NCBI GenBank assembly: GCA_963575745.1
Contig: CAUYUJ010000114.1
Location: forward strand, 992,001-1,056,000
Direction: 5' to 3'
Source: Prorocentrum cordatum
Lineage: Eukaryota
Length of the DNA stretch: 64,000 bases
The notes below the pieces were generated by a model, which worked only from the letters and a program-made list of their open reading frames with translations, was not told where the DNA came from and did not search any database. This document shows positions 1-14,240 of the stretch, in pieces; positions within the stretch are counted from its first letter, which is position 1, and each line of letters starts with the position of its first letter. The translations under genes and the position numbers were made by a program.

Positions 1-3000
1 AAAACATGATGGACCCACGAACCCGGAAAGGGATATAGACATGTGGAGCACGGTCACGTTTTCACGATACCCAACTGGGCGACACCTCAAGAAACATCCC
101 ACGAGACACCCCGCGAAACATCCCACGAGACACCTCACGAAACATTCCACGAGACACCTCACGAAACATTCCACGCGACACCCCCGCCGCCCGGAGCCCA
201 CCAGAGGCCGCTCCAGTCAAAAAACAAAGTCAAAAAACAAATATAATCGTACGATCCCAGCGCGATCGGGGGAGGGGGAGGGGGTAGGGGGAGGGTGGTG
301 GTGGTGTATTATTTTGGGACCCCCCCACCGTTGGGGACGGAGGGGACGGAAGGGAGTCGGCACCTCCTGGGCCGCGTCTTGGCTAGACAACTCGCCGACG
401 GAGTCTGGGGAGGGCCCCTCCCATCGCCCGCCGCGTTGCTTGCCACTGACGTCGCCACCATCGTCGTTCAGGAGGGAAAAACATGATGGACCCACGAACC
501 CGGAAAGGGATATAGACATGTGGAGCACGGTCACGTTTTCACGATACCCAACTGGGCGACACTTCAAGAAACATCCCACGAGACACCCCGCGAAACATCC
601 CACGAGACACCTCACGAAACATTCCACGAGACACCTCACGAAACATTCCACGCGACACCCCCGCCGCCCGGAGCCCACCAGAGGCCGCTCCAGTCAAAAA
701 ACAAAACACTCGTACGATCCCAGACGCGATCGGGGGGGGGGGGGGGGGGGGAGGGGGAGGAGGTGGTGGTGGTTTTATTATTTTGGGCCCCCCCACCGTC
801 GGACGGAGGACGGAAGGGCGTCTGGCACCTCCTGGGCGCGTCTTGGTAGACAACACGGACGCCGACGGGACGTCTTGGGGGTGGGGGAAGGGCATCGCCG
901 TCCGCCGCCGCTTGCTGCCACTGACAGTCTCACCATCGTCGTTCGGAGGGAAAACATGATGACCACGATCCGAACCCGGAAAGGGGTCTACATGAAGCTG
1001 GAGCTCTGTCACGTTTCTCGATACCAACTGGGCAACACCTCATGAAACATCCCACGTGACACCCAGCGGAAACATCCACGAGGACACCTCACTCGAAACC
1101 ATTCCACGAGGACCCTTCACGAAACATTCCACGCGACACCCCCGCCGCCCGGAGCCCACCAGAGGCCGCTCCAGTCAAAAAACAAAACACTCGTACGATC
1201 CCAGACGCGATCGGGGGAGGGGGAGGGGGAGGGGGAGGTGGTGGTGGTGTATTAGTTTTGGGCCCCCCCCACCGTCGGGGACGGAGGGACGGAAGGGCGT
1301 CGGCACCTCCATGGGCCGCGTCTTGGTAGACAACACGCCGACGGACGTCTGGGGAGGGCCTCGCCATCGCCGCCGTTGCTGCCACTGACGTCGCCACCAT
1401 CGTCGTTCAGGAGGGAAAAACATGATGGACCCACGAACCCAGAAAGGGATATAGACATGTGGAGCACGGTCACGTTTTCACGATACCCAACTGGGCGACA
1501 CCTCAAGAAACATCCCACGAGACACCCCGCGAAACATCCCACGAGACACCTCACGAAACATTCCACGAGACACCTCACGAAACATTCCACGCGACACCCC
1601 CGCCGCCCGGAGCCCACCAGAGGCCCGCCCTACAGTCAACAAAAAAAACACTCGTACGATCCCCGCCGCGATGGGGGGTGGGGGTGGGGGTGGGGGAGGT
1701 GGTGGTGGTGTATTATTTTTGGGCCCCCCCCACCGTCGGGGACGGAGGGACGGAAGGGCGGTCGGCACCTCCTGAGGCCGCGTCTGGTAGACATACGCGA
1801 CGGAGTTGGGGATGAGGGCCTCGCCGTCGCCGACGTTGCTGCCACTGACGTCGCACCATCGTCGTTCAGGACGGGAAAAAATCTATTTGGACACACGAAA
1901 CCCGGGGAAAAGGGATATAGACATGTGGAGAGCCGGTCAGTCTTTTCACGATACCAACTGGGACACCTCAAGAACATTCCAACGAGAACCCCGCGCGAAA
2001 CATCACACGAGACACCTCACGAAACATTCACGAGGACACCTCACGAAACATTCCACGCGGACACCCCCGCCGCCCGGAGCCCACCAGAGGCCGCTCCAGT
2101 CAAAAAACAAAACACTCGTACGATCCCAGACGCGATCGGGGGAGGGGGAGGGGGAGGGGGAGGTGGTGGTGGTGTATTATTTTTGGGCCCCCCCCCCACC
2201 GTCGGGGACGGAGGGACGGAAGGGCGTCGGCACCTCCCTGGGCCGCGTCTTGGTAGACAACACGCCGACGGACGTCTGGGGATGGCCTCGTCGTCGCCGC
2301 CGTTGCTGCCACTGACGTCGCCACCATCGTCGTTCAGGAGGGAAAAACATGATGGACCCACGAACCCAGAAAGGGATATAGACATGTGGAGCACGGTCAC
2401 GTTTTCACGATACCCAACTGGGCGACACCTCAAGAAACATCCCACGAGACACCCCGCGAAACATCCCACGAGACACCTCACGAAACATTCCACGAGACAC
2501 CTCACGAAACATTCCACGCGACACCCCCGCCGCCCGGAGCCCACCAGAGGCCCTCCAGTCAAAAACAAAACCATCGTACGAATCCCAGACGCGATCGGGG
2601 GGGGGGTGGGGGGGGGAGGAGGGAGGGGGAGGTGGTGGTGTTGTATTATTTTTGGGCCCCCCCCACCGTCGGGGACGGAGGGACGGAAGGGCGTCGGCAC
2701 CTCCCTGGGCCGCGTCTTGGTAGACAACACGCCGACGGACGTCTGGGGAGGGCCTCGCCGTCGCCGCCGTTGCTGCCACTGACGTCGCCACTATCGTCGT
2801 TCAGGAGGGAAAAACATGATGGACCCACGAACCCGGAAAGGGATATAGACATGTGGAGCACGGTCACGTTTTCACGATACCCAATTGGGCGACACCTCAA
2901 GAAACATCCCACGAGACACCCCGCGAAACATCCCACGAGACACCTCACGAAACATTCCACGAGACACCTCACGAAACATTCCACGCGACACCCCCGCCGC

Positions 3001-6000
3001 CCGGAGCCCACCAGAGGCCGCTCCAGTCAAAAAACAAAACACTCGTACGATCCCAGACGCGATCGGGGGAGGGGGAGGGGGAGGGGGAGGTGGTGGTGGT
3101 GTATTATTTTTGGGCCCCCCCCACCGTCGGGGACGGAGGGACGGAAGGGCGTCGGCACCTCCCTGGGCCGCGTCTTGGTAGACAACACGCCGACGGACGT
3201 CTGGGGAGGGCCTCGCCGTCGCCGCCGCTGCTGCCACTGACGTCGCCACCATCGTCGTTCAGGAGGGAAAAACATGATGGACCCACGAACCCGGAAAGGG
3301 ATATAGACATGTGGAGCACGGTCACGTTTTCACGATACCCAACTGGGCGACACCTCAAGAAACATCCCACGAGACACCCCGCGAAACATCCCACGAGACA
3401 CCTCACGAAACATTCCACGAGACACCTCACGAAATATTCCACGCGACACCCCCGCCGCCCGGAGCCCACCAGAGGCCGCTCCAGTCAAAAAACAAAACAC
3501 TCGTACGATCCCAGACGCGATCGGGGGAGGGGGAGGGGGAGGGGGAGGTGGTGGTGGTGTATTATTTTTGGGCCCCCCCCACCGTCGGGGACGGAGGGAC
3601 GGAAGGGCGTCGGCACCTCCCTGGGCCGCGTCTTGGTAGACAACACGCCGACGGACGTCTGGGGAGGGCCTCGCCGTCGCCGCCGTTGCTGCCACTGACG
3701 TCGCCACTATCGTCGTTCAGGAGGGAAAAACATGATGGACCCACGAACCCGGAAAGGGATATAGACATGTGGAGCACGGTCACGTTTTCACGATACCCAA
3801 TTGGGCGACACCTCAAGAAACATCCCACGAGACACCCCGCGAAACATCCCACGAGACACCTCACGAAACATTCCACGAGACACCTCACGAAACATTCCAC
3901 GCGACACCCCCGCCGCCCGGAGCCCACCAGAGGCCGCTCCAGTCAAAAAACAAAACACTCGTACGATCCCAGACGCGATCGGGGGAGGGGGAGGGGGAGG
4001 GGGAGGTGGTGGTGGTGTATTATTTTTGGCCCCCCACGTCGGGGACGGAGGGACGGAAGGCGTCGGCAACCTCCCTGGGCCGCGTTTGGTAGACAAACAC
4101 GCCGACGGACGTCTGGGGAGGGCCTAGCCGTCGCCGCCGTTGCTGCCACTGGCGTCGCCCACAGTCGTGTTCAGGAGGGAAAAACATGATGACCCACGAA
4201 CCCGGACCCCTAAAGGGATATAGACATGTGCAGCATGGTCACGTTTTCACGATATCCAACTGGGCGACACCACACGAAACATCCCACGAGACACCCCGCA
4301 AAACATCCCACGAGACACCTCACGAAACATTCCACGAGACACCTCACGAAACATTCCACGCGACACCCCCGCCGCCCGGAGCCCACCAGAGGCCGCTCCA
4401 GTCAAAAAACAAAACACTCGTACGATCCCAGACGCGATCGGGGGAGGGGGAGGGGGAGGGGGAGGTGGTGGTGGTGTATTATTTTTGGGCCCCCCCACCG
4501 TCGGGGACGGAGGGACGGAAGGGCGTCGGCACCTCCCTGGGCCGCGTCTTGGTAGACAACACGCCGACGGACGTCTGGGGAGGGCCTCGCCGTCGCCGCC
4601 GTTGCTGCCACTGACGTCGCCACCATCGACGTTCAGGGAGGGAAAAACACGATGGACCCCACGAACCCGGAAGGGATATAGACATGTGGAGCCGGGTCAC
4701 GTTTTCACGATACCCAACTAGGGTGCGGACACCTCAAGAAACATCCCACGAGACACCCCGCGAAACATCCACGAGACACCTCACGAAACATTCACGAGAC
4801 ACTCACGAAACATTCCACGCGGACACGCCCGCCGCACGGAGCCCACCAGAGGGCCGCTCCAGTCAAAAAACAAAAAAACCACTCGTACGATCCAGACGCG
4901 ATCGGGGAGGGGGGAGGGGGGAGGGAGGGGGGGGTGGTAGTATTTTGGGCCCCCCCCACCGTCGGGGACGGAGGGACGGAAGGGCGTCGGCACCTCCCTG
5001 GGCCGCGTCTTGGTAGACAACACGCCGACGGACGTCTGGGGAGGGCCTCGCCGTCGCCGCCGTTGCTGCCACTGACGTCGCCACCATCGTCGTTCAGGAG
5101 GGAAAAACATGATGGACCCACGAACCCGGAAAGGGATATAGACATGTGGAGCACGGTCACGTTTTCACGATACCCAGCTGGGCGACACATCAAGAAACAT
5201 CCCACGAGACACCCCGCGAAACATCCCACGAGACACCTCACGAAACATCCCACGAGACACCTCACGAAACATTCCACGCGACACCCCCGCCGCCCGGAGC
5301 CCACCAGAGGCCGCTCCAGTCAAAAAACAAAACACTCGTACGATCCAGACGCGATCGGGGGAGGGGAGGGGGGAGGGGAGGTGGAGTGGTGGGGGTATTA
5401 TTTTTGGGCCCCCCCACCGTCGGGGACGGAGGGGACGGAAGGGAGTCGGCCACCTCCCGGCCCGCGTCTTGGTAGACAAACACGCCGACGGCCGTTGGCG
5501 GAGGGCCTCGCCGTTCGCCGCAGTTGCTGCCACTGACGTCGCCACCATCGTCGTTCAGGAGGGAAAAACATGATGGACCCACGAACCCGGAAAGGGATAT
5601 AGACATGTGGAGCACGGTCACGTTTTCACGATACCCAACTGGGCGACACTTCAAGAAACATCCCACGAGACACCCCGCGAAACATCCCACGAGACACCTC
5701 ACGAAACATTCCACGAGACACCTCACGAAACATTCCACGCGACACCCCCGCCGCCCGGAGCCCACCAGAGGCCGCTCCAGTCAAAAAACAAAACACTCGT
5801 ACGATCCCAGACGCGATCGGGGGAGGGGGAGGGGGAGGGGGAGGTGGTGGTGGTGTATTATTTTTGGGCCCCCCCCACCGTCGGGGACGGAGGGACGGAA
5901 GGGCGTCGGCACCTCCCTGGGCCGCGTCTTGGTAGACAACACGCCGACGGACGTCTGGGGAGGGCCTCGCCATCGCCGCCGTTGCTGCCACTGACGTCGC

Positions 6001-7600
6001 CACCATCGTCGTTCAGGAGGGAAAAACATGATGGACCCACGAACCCAGAAAGGGATATAGACATGTGGAGCACGGTCACGTTTTCACGATACCCAATTGG
6101 GCGACACCTCAAGAAACATCCCACGAGACACCCCGCGAAACATCCCACGAGACACCTCACGATACATTCACGAGACACCTCACGAAACATTCCAACGCGA
6201 CACACCCGCCGCCCGGAGCCCACCAGAGGCCGCTCCAGTCAAAAAACAAAACACTCGTACGATCCCAGACGCGATCGGGGGAGGGGGAGGGGGAGGGGGA
6301 GGTGGTGGTGGTGTATTATTTTGGGGCCCCCCCCACCGTCGGGGACGGAGGAGGCACCGCGGTCGGCACCTCCCTGTCCGGGCCGCGTCTTGGTTAGACA
6401 ACCACGCCGACGGACGTCTGGGGAGGGCCTCGACGTCGCCGCCGTTGCTGCCACTGACGTCGCCACCATCGTCGTTCAGGAGGGAAAAACATGATGGACC
6501 CACGAACCCGGAAAGGGATATAGACATGTGGAGCACGGTCACGTTTTCACGATACCCAACTGGGCGACACCTCAAGAAACATCCCACGAGACACCCCGCG
6601 AAACATCCCACGAGACACCTCACGAAACATTCCACGAGACACCTCACGAAACATTCCACGCGACACCCCCGCCGCCCGGAGCCCACCAGAGGCCGCTCCA
6701 GTCAAAAAACAAAACACTCGTACGATCCCAGACGCGATCGGGGGAGGGGGAGGGGGAGGGGGAGGTGGTGGTGGTGTATTAGTTTTGGGCCCCCCCCACC
6801 GTCGGGGACGGAGGGACGGAAGGGCGTCGGCACCTCCTGGGCCGCGTCTTGGTAGACAACACGCCGACGGACGTCTGGGGAGGGCCTCGCCCGTCCCCGC
6901 CGTTGCTGCCACTGACGTCGCCACCATCGTCGTTCAGGAGGGAAAAACATGATGGACCCACGAACCCGGAAAGGGATATAGACATGTGGAGCACGGTCAC
7001 GTTTTCACGATACCCAACTGGGCGACACTCAAGAAACATCCCACGAGACACCCCGCGAAACATCCCACGAGACACCTCACGAAACATTCCACGAGACACC
7101 TCACGAAACATTCCACGCGACACCCCCGCCGCCCGGGAGCCCCACCAGAGGCCGCTCAGTCAAAAAACAAAACACTCGTACGATCCCAGACGCGATCGGG
7201 GGAGGAGGAGGGGGAGGGGGAGGTGGTGGTGGGTATTATTTTTGGGCCCCCCCCACCGTCGGGGACGGAGGGACGGAAGGGCGTCGGCACCTCCCTGGGC
7301 CGCGTCTGGTAGACAACACGCCGACGGACGTCTGGGGAGGGCCTCGCCGTCGCCGCCGTTGCTGCCACTGACGTCGCCACCATCGTCGTTCAGGAGGGAA
7401 AAACATGATGGACCCACGAACCCGGAAAGGGATATAGACATGTGGAGCACGGTCACGTTTTCACGATACCCAACTGGGCGACACCTCAAGAAACATCCCA
7501 CGAGACACCCCGCGAAACATCCCACGAGACACCTCACGAAACATTCCACGAGACACCTCACGAAACATTCCACGCGACACCCCGCGAAACATTCCACGAG
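1..7600. repeat. Tandem satellite, ~458-bp unit, ~16.5 copies, with an internal 24-bp subrepeat (CACGAGACACCTCACGAAACATTC) and a (GGGGGA)n tract
   Basis: AAAACATGATGGACCCACGAAC recurs at 1, 478, 1417, 2344, 2811, 3269, 3727, 5104, 5565, 6023, 6486, 6944 and 7400 (458-bp period in clean units). The array runs off the left edge. Confidence 0.97.
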
Positions 7601-7702
7601 ACACCCCACGAACAGGCAACCACTCAACCAAAGCACATCGCGGACGAGGACGACGACGGCATTCCACGAGACACCCCACGAAACATTCCACGGGAGTGCG
7701 AC

Positions 7703-8345
7703 TGGGTGTGGTCGTGCTGTGGTGTGGTCGTGCTGGGGCGTGGTCGTGCTGAGGAGTGGTCGTGCTGGGGTGTGGTCGTGCTGGGGTGTGGTCGTGCTGG
7801 GGGGTGGTCGTGCTGGGGGGTGGTCGTGCTGATGGGGTGGCCGTGCTGGGGGGTGGTCGTGCTGGGGCGTGGTCGTGCTGGGGCGTGATCGTGCTGGGGT
7901 GTGGTCGTGCTGTGGTGAGGTCGCGCTGTGGTGAGGTCGTGCTGGGGTGTGGTCGTGCTGGGGTGTGGTCTTGCTGGGGTGGGGTCGTGCTTGGGTGGGG
8001 TCGCGCTGTGGTGAGGTCGTGCTGGGGTGTGGTCGTGCTGGGGTGGGCTCGTGCTGGGGCGGGGTCGTGCTGGGGAGTGGTCGTGCTGGGGCGTGGTCGT
8101 GCTGGGGTGTGGTCGTGCTTGGGTGGGGTCGTGCTGGGGTGTGGTCGTGCTGGGGTGTGGTCGTGCTGGGGTGGGCTCGTGCTGGGGTGGGGTCGTGCTG
8201 GGGAGTGGTCGTGCTGGGGTGTGGTCGTGCTGGGGTGTGGTCGTGCTGGGGCGTGGTCGCGCTGGGGTGGGGTCGTGCTGGGGCGGGGTCGTGCTGGGGA
8301 GTGGTCGTGCTGGGGCATGGTCGTGCTGGGGTGTGGTCGTGCTGA
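7703..8345. repeat. 16-bp G-rich minisatellite (GGTCGTGCTGGGGTGT)n
   Basis: Directly visible tandem copies with single-base variants. Confidence 0.95.
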
Positions 8346-8542
8346 GGCGGCCCGCACCCTGTGATTTATCGATCGGGATTTCAAAAACAAGCGTTTCGCC
8401 GGAGACATCCTCAAATTTTAATCCGCCGGCCTCCTTCGACCTCGATATTTATCAGGGAAAGAATCCGCCGGCCTCCTTTAAGTTGGGCGCGGGGGACTAT
8501 GTTTACATACTAAAAGAGAACCCTGGGCCTGAGCCCTTTCCG

Positions 8543-8702
8543 GGAAAAACACAGACACACTTAATCGCCGATTCCCCAGAAAATATGGGAAAATATGGGA
8601 AAATATGGGAAGTGGGGGGAAGACAGAAACCCAGAAGATATGGTAAAATATGGGTAATATTTTGATTTGTGTGTATTAATTTGTGTGTCCTGGGGCCCCT
8701 TC
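8543..8702 (+). mobile_element. Dispersed ~150-bp MITE/SINE-like element (called family S here)
   Basis: ACACAGACAC...CCCCAGAAAATATGGGAA...TTTGTGTGTCC(C/T)(A/G)GGGCCCCTT also occurs at 14630 (split), 25480 and 35545, and in degenerate form near 42520. Confidence 0.8.
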
Positions 8703-8808
8703 TGTCGTCGCCGCCGTGGTCGTCGCCGCCGCCGTCGTCGCGACAGCCGCCCGCGTCGCTGTCGCCCCCGCTGCAGTCGCTGCCGTCTTCTCGCCGCCGC
8801 CGGCCGCG

Positions 8809-8842
8809 GCGAGGCGGGCTACTCGAACTGGGAGGCGGGGTG
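8809..8842 (+). CDS. Partial or degenerate exon of the Cys/Trp-repeat gene (EAGYSNWEAG-W)
   Basis: Matches the 3' third of exon 16335-16442 and ends TG|GT. The following 40 bp match the intron after 16442. No intact 5' half or acceptor is seen. Confidence 0.55.
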
Positions 8843-9951
8843 GTCGCTGGGGTCGCCCTGGAAGCCGCGCGCGCTACACGGGGATCGGTGAGATCGACAG
8901 GGGACGGAAGGAACGGGTACGAAAGCCAGGGTTGGGTGGCATGTCGGCCCCTCGCAGTTCAAAGGTTGTTTCGAGCTTGGGGCGGAAGAGGCAGATTCCT
9001 CTCTCTCTCTCTCTCTTTCTCTTTCTGTTTGTTTGTTATTTTTGTTGGTTCTCTCTCTCTGTTTTTGTGTTGCTTCTTGTTTTACTGGAGACATTCATAT
9101 TGCTTTCTTATGATTATTTTCGCGAGGGGATGTTACGAAGAGTTCCTTCAGGAAGCGCCCTTTTGTGTGTGGGCGTGCCAATATATTACCTTAGGGGAGG
9201 GCACACATCGATTTTTTTCCGTGGGCGTTTTTGCATCGTTTTCCTCTGCGGGGATACAAAAATATTCCCTCTGTGTGTGGGGGGGTTTGGACTGGTTGAT
9301 CCTTTTTGTGTCGGACGGGGGGGGACCATGGGGGGAAAGTCAAACTTTCCCCGCGACGTAACCGGAATCAATTTGTCCCCACCCACATCTTCGTCGCAGC
9401 GCCGCAGAGGCAGTCCGCACGCGCGCTCAGGCGGTCAGGACAATGGAAAGCGCAAACTCACCGGCGGCAGGAGGAAGGGACAACGGGCGAAAGCGGCTGC
9501 GAGGGGGGAAGGAGGGATGGGAGGGCACTGCCATGGCGATGTGCGTCGCCGTGGAGCGGCCGGGGCGGGCAGCCAATGCTGCATCCCTGGCAGCAGGCGC
9601 AGGGGCTGCAGTGCACGAAGCGGAAGAGGCACTGCACTGAGACAGACAACGAATGGCCACGTCGACGACGACCCAGTCATGCGGGTGGCCAAGAGGTGGC
9701 TGGGCCCTGGGCGGCAAAATGCAGCGGGGAAGGCCATGGGCCGGCTGGAGGGGGCGGGCATTGCTGCCTGCTGGGGCCTGCGTTGGCGGGTGCGGGAGGG
9801 GACCGATCCCACCGGCAGCTGGCCAGCGAGGAGGCAGCGCAGCAGGTGGCGGGGGCGCAGTGGCGCGCCCGCGCAGCAGCGCCGTGCACTGCAAGGGGCG
9901 AATGGCGGCGGCCCGTGCCGGCCTGAGGGGGGCGGGAAGGGGGCAAACGCT

Positions 9952-10120
9952 GAGCATTTTCCTAGGGTGGAGGGCTCAGGGTGACATCCATATGGGGGGT
10001 TCTGCTCCTCGAAAATCAGTCCGTCTTGTGACTCACCTTTTGCAGGTTCAAAACTCGAAAGTGAATCGACGGCATTTCAGATTTCACTCACCCTTTGCCC
10101 TCCACCCAAAGAAAATGCTC
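9952..10120 (+). mobile_element. MITE, ~170 bp, TIR GAGCATTTT...GGGTGGAGGGC
   Basis: Imperfect TIRs; an inverted homologous copy lies at 40832-40996. Confidence 0.75.
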
Positions 10121-11269
10121 TGAACTCTGAAACGACTGGGACCCCAGGTCGCCGTGCGGCGAGGCGGCGGGCAGGCGGAGTCAAAAGCGGCGCGCAGATG
10201 GCGGCAGACCCGGGCGGCACCCAGCCTGGAGGCAGCCCACGCAGCAGCGCAAGCGCCCCGGCGGGGTGGCAGGGGGGGTGCGCCTCTCGGCACGCCCAAG
10301 GGCCAGAGGGCCCAGAGGTGGCAGGGGGGAGCGCCTCTTGGCGGCCGCCGCAAGCGCCACCCAGGGCGCCCAAGCCACTGGCAACTGCAGCATTTTGAAG
10401 AAGCGGCGGCCGCGCTGGCAGGGGCCAGCGCCAGTCGGAGGCGCAGCCGCAGGCCCAGACAGCAGCCAAACTTAAGGCAGCAGGCGCGGAGGCGCCATCG
10501 CCCCAGACGGATTGACAGCTGGGCGCCCCCTTGCACGCTCCACGGGCCGTCTGGCACAGGGGTATGGTTGACGGGAGGCCGACCAGAGAGCCCGCGCGGG
10601 CAGCGCGCGCGCCGCGCCAGGGCCGTCAAGCCGCGGGCGGGCGCAGCGTCCCGAAAGGGCAGTGGGAGGCGACTCCGTGTCCAGGCGCCGCGCCAGGGTC
10701 ATCCTAGCCGTTGGCAGGCACAGCGCCCCGAAGAAGCGGCGGTCGCGCCAAGTGACTCCATCATCCGGGGTTGACCGAGCATCCCAGATTCCAGGTTCAA
10801 CGCATCTGATGGGCCCGCACACTTGCACGGGCAGCGATCAGCCAGCGAACCCAGGCAGGTGCAACGCTTTTGATCGGTGCGCACACTTGTGCATCGCAGC
10901 CACGGCACGTCCTGGGGAGTTAGGCGCTCCAGCAGGGAGGAGGTATATCCACCTGGAGGAGCGTGCGCACCCAGAGGGAGGAGAGGGGGTCGGCGCGCCA
11001 CCTGGGGTGGGTAACGCGCCCACGAGACACGCGCCTGATTGGTGCACGCACAGGTATAATTACGCGCCTGGTGCCAACTGGGGGGGGTACGTAGGCGCCG
11101 TGGGGTGCAGAGTCGGATATCCAGGGCCAGTGCCAGTGAGTGCAGTGACGAACAGAGCGTCGCGACCGTCGCACAAGCGCCCGCCAGGTTGCCACCTCAT
11201 CACCCCCATGCCCCGGACTGTCGGGCACATGCCACTGCGGGACTGAATTCGCGCAGACGCTGGTAACGG

Positions 11270-12945
11270 TCATGCTGCTCCCTGTCGTGCTGCTGGAGTC
11301 CGTCGTGCCGCCCACGATGGTGTTGCTGAAGTCCGTCGTGCTGCCGCGGTGCCCGCGGTGGAGTCCGTAGTGCTCCTCTTGATGCTGCCGCTGGAGTCCG
11401 TCGCGCGGCTCCCGATCGTGCAGCTGAAGTTCGTCGTGATGCTCGTCGTGATGCTCGCGATCGCGCAGCAAAAGTGCGCTGGGGTCCGTTGGCTGCAACC
11501 CACGGTTGTTCTGCTGGAGCCCGTTGTGCTGTCCACGATGGTGTTGCTGGCGCCCGTCATGCTGGTCACGATGGTGCTGTTGGAGTCCAACCAGTTGCTC
11601 GCGGTCTCGCTGGTGGAGCTGCCGCGCTGCTCCAGGTGTTGCTGACGGCCACCCTGTTACAATCCGGCGTGCTTTTCACGGCCGCGCTGCAGGGGGCCGT
11701 CGTGCTGCTCGCGGCGGTGCTGCTGGAGTCCGTCCATCCAGCGACTCACGGTCGCGGTGCTGGAGTTCGTGCTGGTTCTGGAGCTTGTCGTGCTGCCCAC
11801 GGCCGCGCTGCTAAAAAATGTCCACCCACAGCGTTTGCACAACAGTGTCCACCCACAGCGTTAGCACACAAATATCCACCCACAGCGCTTGCATATAAGT
11901 GTCCACCCACAGCGTTGTTTTGTAAACGTGCCCACCCACAGCGTTTGCATAAAAGTGCCCACCCACAGCGATTGCATAACCGTGTCCACCCACGGCGTTT
12001 GCATACAAGTGGCTACCCACAGCGTTTACATAAAAGTGTCCAGTCACGCTGCTAGAGTCCGTGGCGCTGTTCGTGATGGTGCTGCTGGAGTCCGTCGTGC
12101 TGCTCTCGATCGTGGTGCTGCAGCCCACCGTGTTGCTCGCGAGGCTGCTTTTGGAGTTAGCCGAGCTGCTCGCGTTCGCGCTGCTGGAGTTCACCGTGCT
12201 GCTTACGATGGTGCTGCAGGCGCCTGTTGCGCCGCTCACGATGGTGCTGCTGGAGCCCGCGGTGCTGCCCAGGTCGTACTGCTGGAGCCCGTCATGCTGC
12301 TCGCGATGGAGCGGCGGAGTCTGTCATGCGGCCGTTCTGCTGGAGTCCGTCGTGCTGCTCAATGTCGTGCCTGGGCTGTCGTGTTGCCTACAGTGGCAGT
12401 GCCGGAGCACGTCCGCTGTCGCTGCGGGGTCCGCCATGTTGCCCGCGGCCAGTTGCTGGAATCCGTCGCGTTGCTCACCGACGCGCTGCTGCGGGCCGCC
12501 GCGCTGCTGTAGTCCACCTTGTAGCTCGCGTTCGCGCTGCTGGAGCCCGAAGCGCTGCTCGCGGCAACGCTGCTGAAGTGCGCCATCTGCAGCCGGCCGT
12601 GCTGCTGGAGTCCATCATGCCGCTCGCGATGGTGTTGCTGGAGTCCTAGCTGCTACTTCCGGCCGGGCCGTTGAAGCCCGTCGTGCGGAAGGAATCCGCC
12701 GCTGCTCGCGATCATGATGTTAGAGCCGCCTTGCCGCTGGCCATGCTGCAGTATGTAGGCGTCCGCCATGCTGGTCACTGTCGTGCAGTTGGGGTCCTCG
12801 CGCTGCTCGCGATAACGCTGCTGGCGCTCGTCCTGCTGCTTGCAATGGCGTGACTTGGGGCCGACCTGCTGCTGGCGGACGTGCTAATGGAGTCCGACGC
12901 GCAGCTCTAGATGCTGCTGCAGGAGTCCGCCATGCTGCTCGCGGC
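11270..12945. repeat. Degenerate ~33-bp minisatellite (GTGCTGCTGGAGTCCGTCGTGCTGCTCGCGATG-like)
   Basis: CTGGAGTCCGTCGTG recurs at about 33-bp spacing and gives spurious VLLES ORFs. Confidence 0.85.
11817..12042. repeat. 27-bp tandem repeat (TCCACCCACAGCGTTTGCATAAAAGTG-like) inserted in the 33-bp array
   Basis: About 8 adjacent copies of CCACCCACAGCG with no unique spacers. Confidence 0.9.
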
Positions 12946-13299
12946 CAGGGCGGCGAAAGCCGAAGCGCGCAAGGCCGAGGCGCGCGCGTGCCAGGAGAGC
13001 CAGGGCGGGGCAAGGTCAGGACGACGTCCGAGGGCACGCCCGGACCAGAATTCCGAGGCGAAACCGACTGCGGCGACGGGGGAGGCGCAGTCCTCCACCA
13101 GGCACGCGCCCCAAGCCCGCCCGCGCGGTGGAGGGCGCCGCCGACGCCGTCGACGCCCCAGCCGTCCTCCGTGCCCCCAGCCAGGGTAACCTCAAGGATT
13201 CGGACGATCTGCGGGACCCACCCGCCAGCGGGGAGCGGCCCTGGGGGGGAGCGGCCCGTGGCCGGGAGGATCGCCTGGCCCGTGGGAGCAGCCCAGCCG

Positions 13300-14240
13300 A
13301 ACCGAGCGACCGGCCAGCCCTCGTCTGGCGCGTGGGAGCAGCCCAGCCGCCCACTGCGAACTCCCGCACGAGCCCCCCGCCCATGGCCCAGGCGGTCGCT
13401 GCCAGCCGTCGGACAGCGGGCGGAAAGACCAGGCAGGCGCATGGCCAGGGCGGCCGTGGCATTCAGCGTTGAAGTCTCCCTTCAGGGGGGCCACTCCGCG
13501 AACTGAGGGGACTAGCTTACACCAGGTGCCAGGGAATCGCGACTGATCGTCGCACGCACGGGTGGAAAAGACAGATCCCACGGATCGGTTTTGGGGGGTC
13601 GTTCCGCGGTGGGGCAGCGCCGAGCATAGAGACCCATTGCCCTGAGGAGCGGGCGCCATTCCAGGCCCCGCCGGGCTGGAGACACCGAAGAGAGCTTCGT
13701 GTTGGCATCTGTCACAGACGGCTGACATTCCAAATGCGTTCGAAACGTCTTGGCACTTTTTTCCCAGATGTAAGATGCTCGATTTGTTGCTCTGACTTCC
13801 GCGGTCGGATCTCTGTTCAGGATTTGTCGGTGCAGATGCCTCGAGAAACCGCTCATCTGGCGTGTGAGAGCAACCCGGCCCACCCCGAATTCCCGCGCGC
13901 GATCGATCCCACCGCCCATGGGCCCAGGCGGTCGCCAACGGCCGTCGGGCCGCGAGCAGACAGACCAGGCAGGCGCATTTCCAGATCGGCCGTGCCAGTC
14001 AGCGACGAAGTCGCCCACGGGGGGGGTGGGGCACTCCGCGACGCGCAGGGTTGCGCTTGCACCAGGTGCCAGGGAATCGGCGCTACTGCTCCTGCGGGTC
14101 GACCTGGCGGGTCATTCCGCGGTCGGGCAGCGCCGAGCGTGGAGACCCACTGGCCCGAGGACCGCGCGCCGTGCCAGGCTCCGGCGGGCTGGAATGGTCG
14201 GAGCCGTGGGAGCGAGCTTCGCTGGCGCCTCGCAGGATCC
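13300..14240. repeat. Diverged direct duplication, offset ~535-540 bp
   Basis: ACCAGGCAGGCGCAT and CACCAGGTGCCAGGGAATCG occur at ~13428/13963 and ~13520/14060. Confidence 0.75.

Noticed and set aside
7703..8345. Telomeric repeat
   Set aside because: The unit is 16 bp, not TTTAGGG-like, and it is internal.
1..8414. Dozens of repeated ORFs (MWSTVTFSRY..., MEHGHVF...)
   Set aside because: They are translations of satellite units; frames shift freely between units and no domain is recognisable.
11817..12042. CRISPR-like short repeats (also the 24-bp, 33-bp and 90-bp arrays)
   Set aside because: Units abut without unique spacers, there are no cas genes, and the context is eukaryotic.
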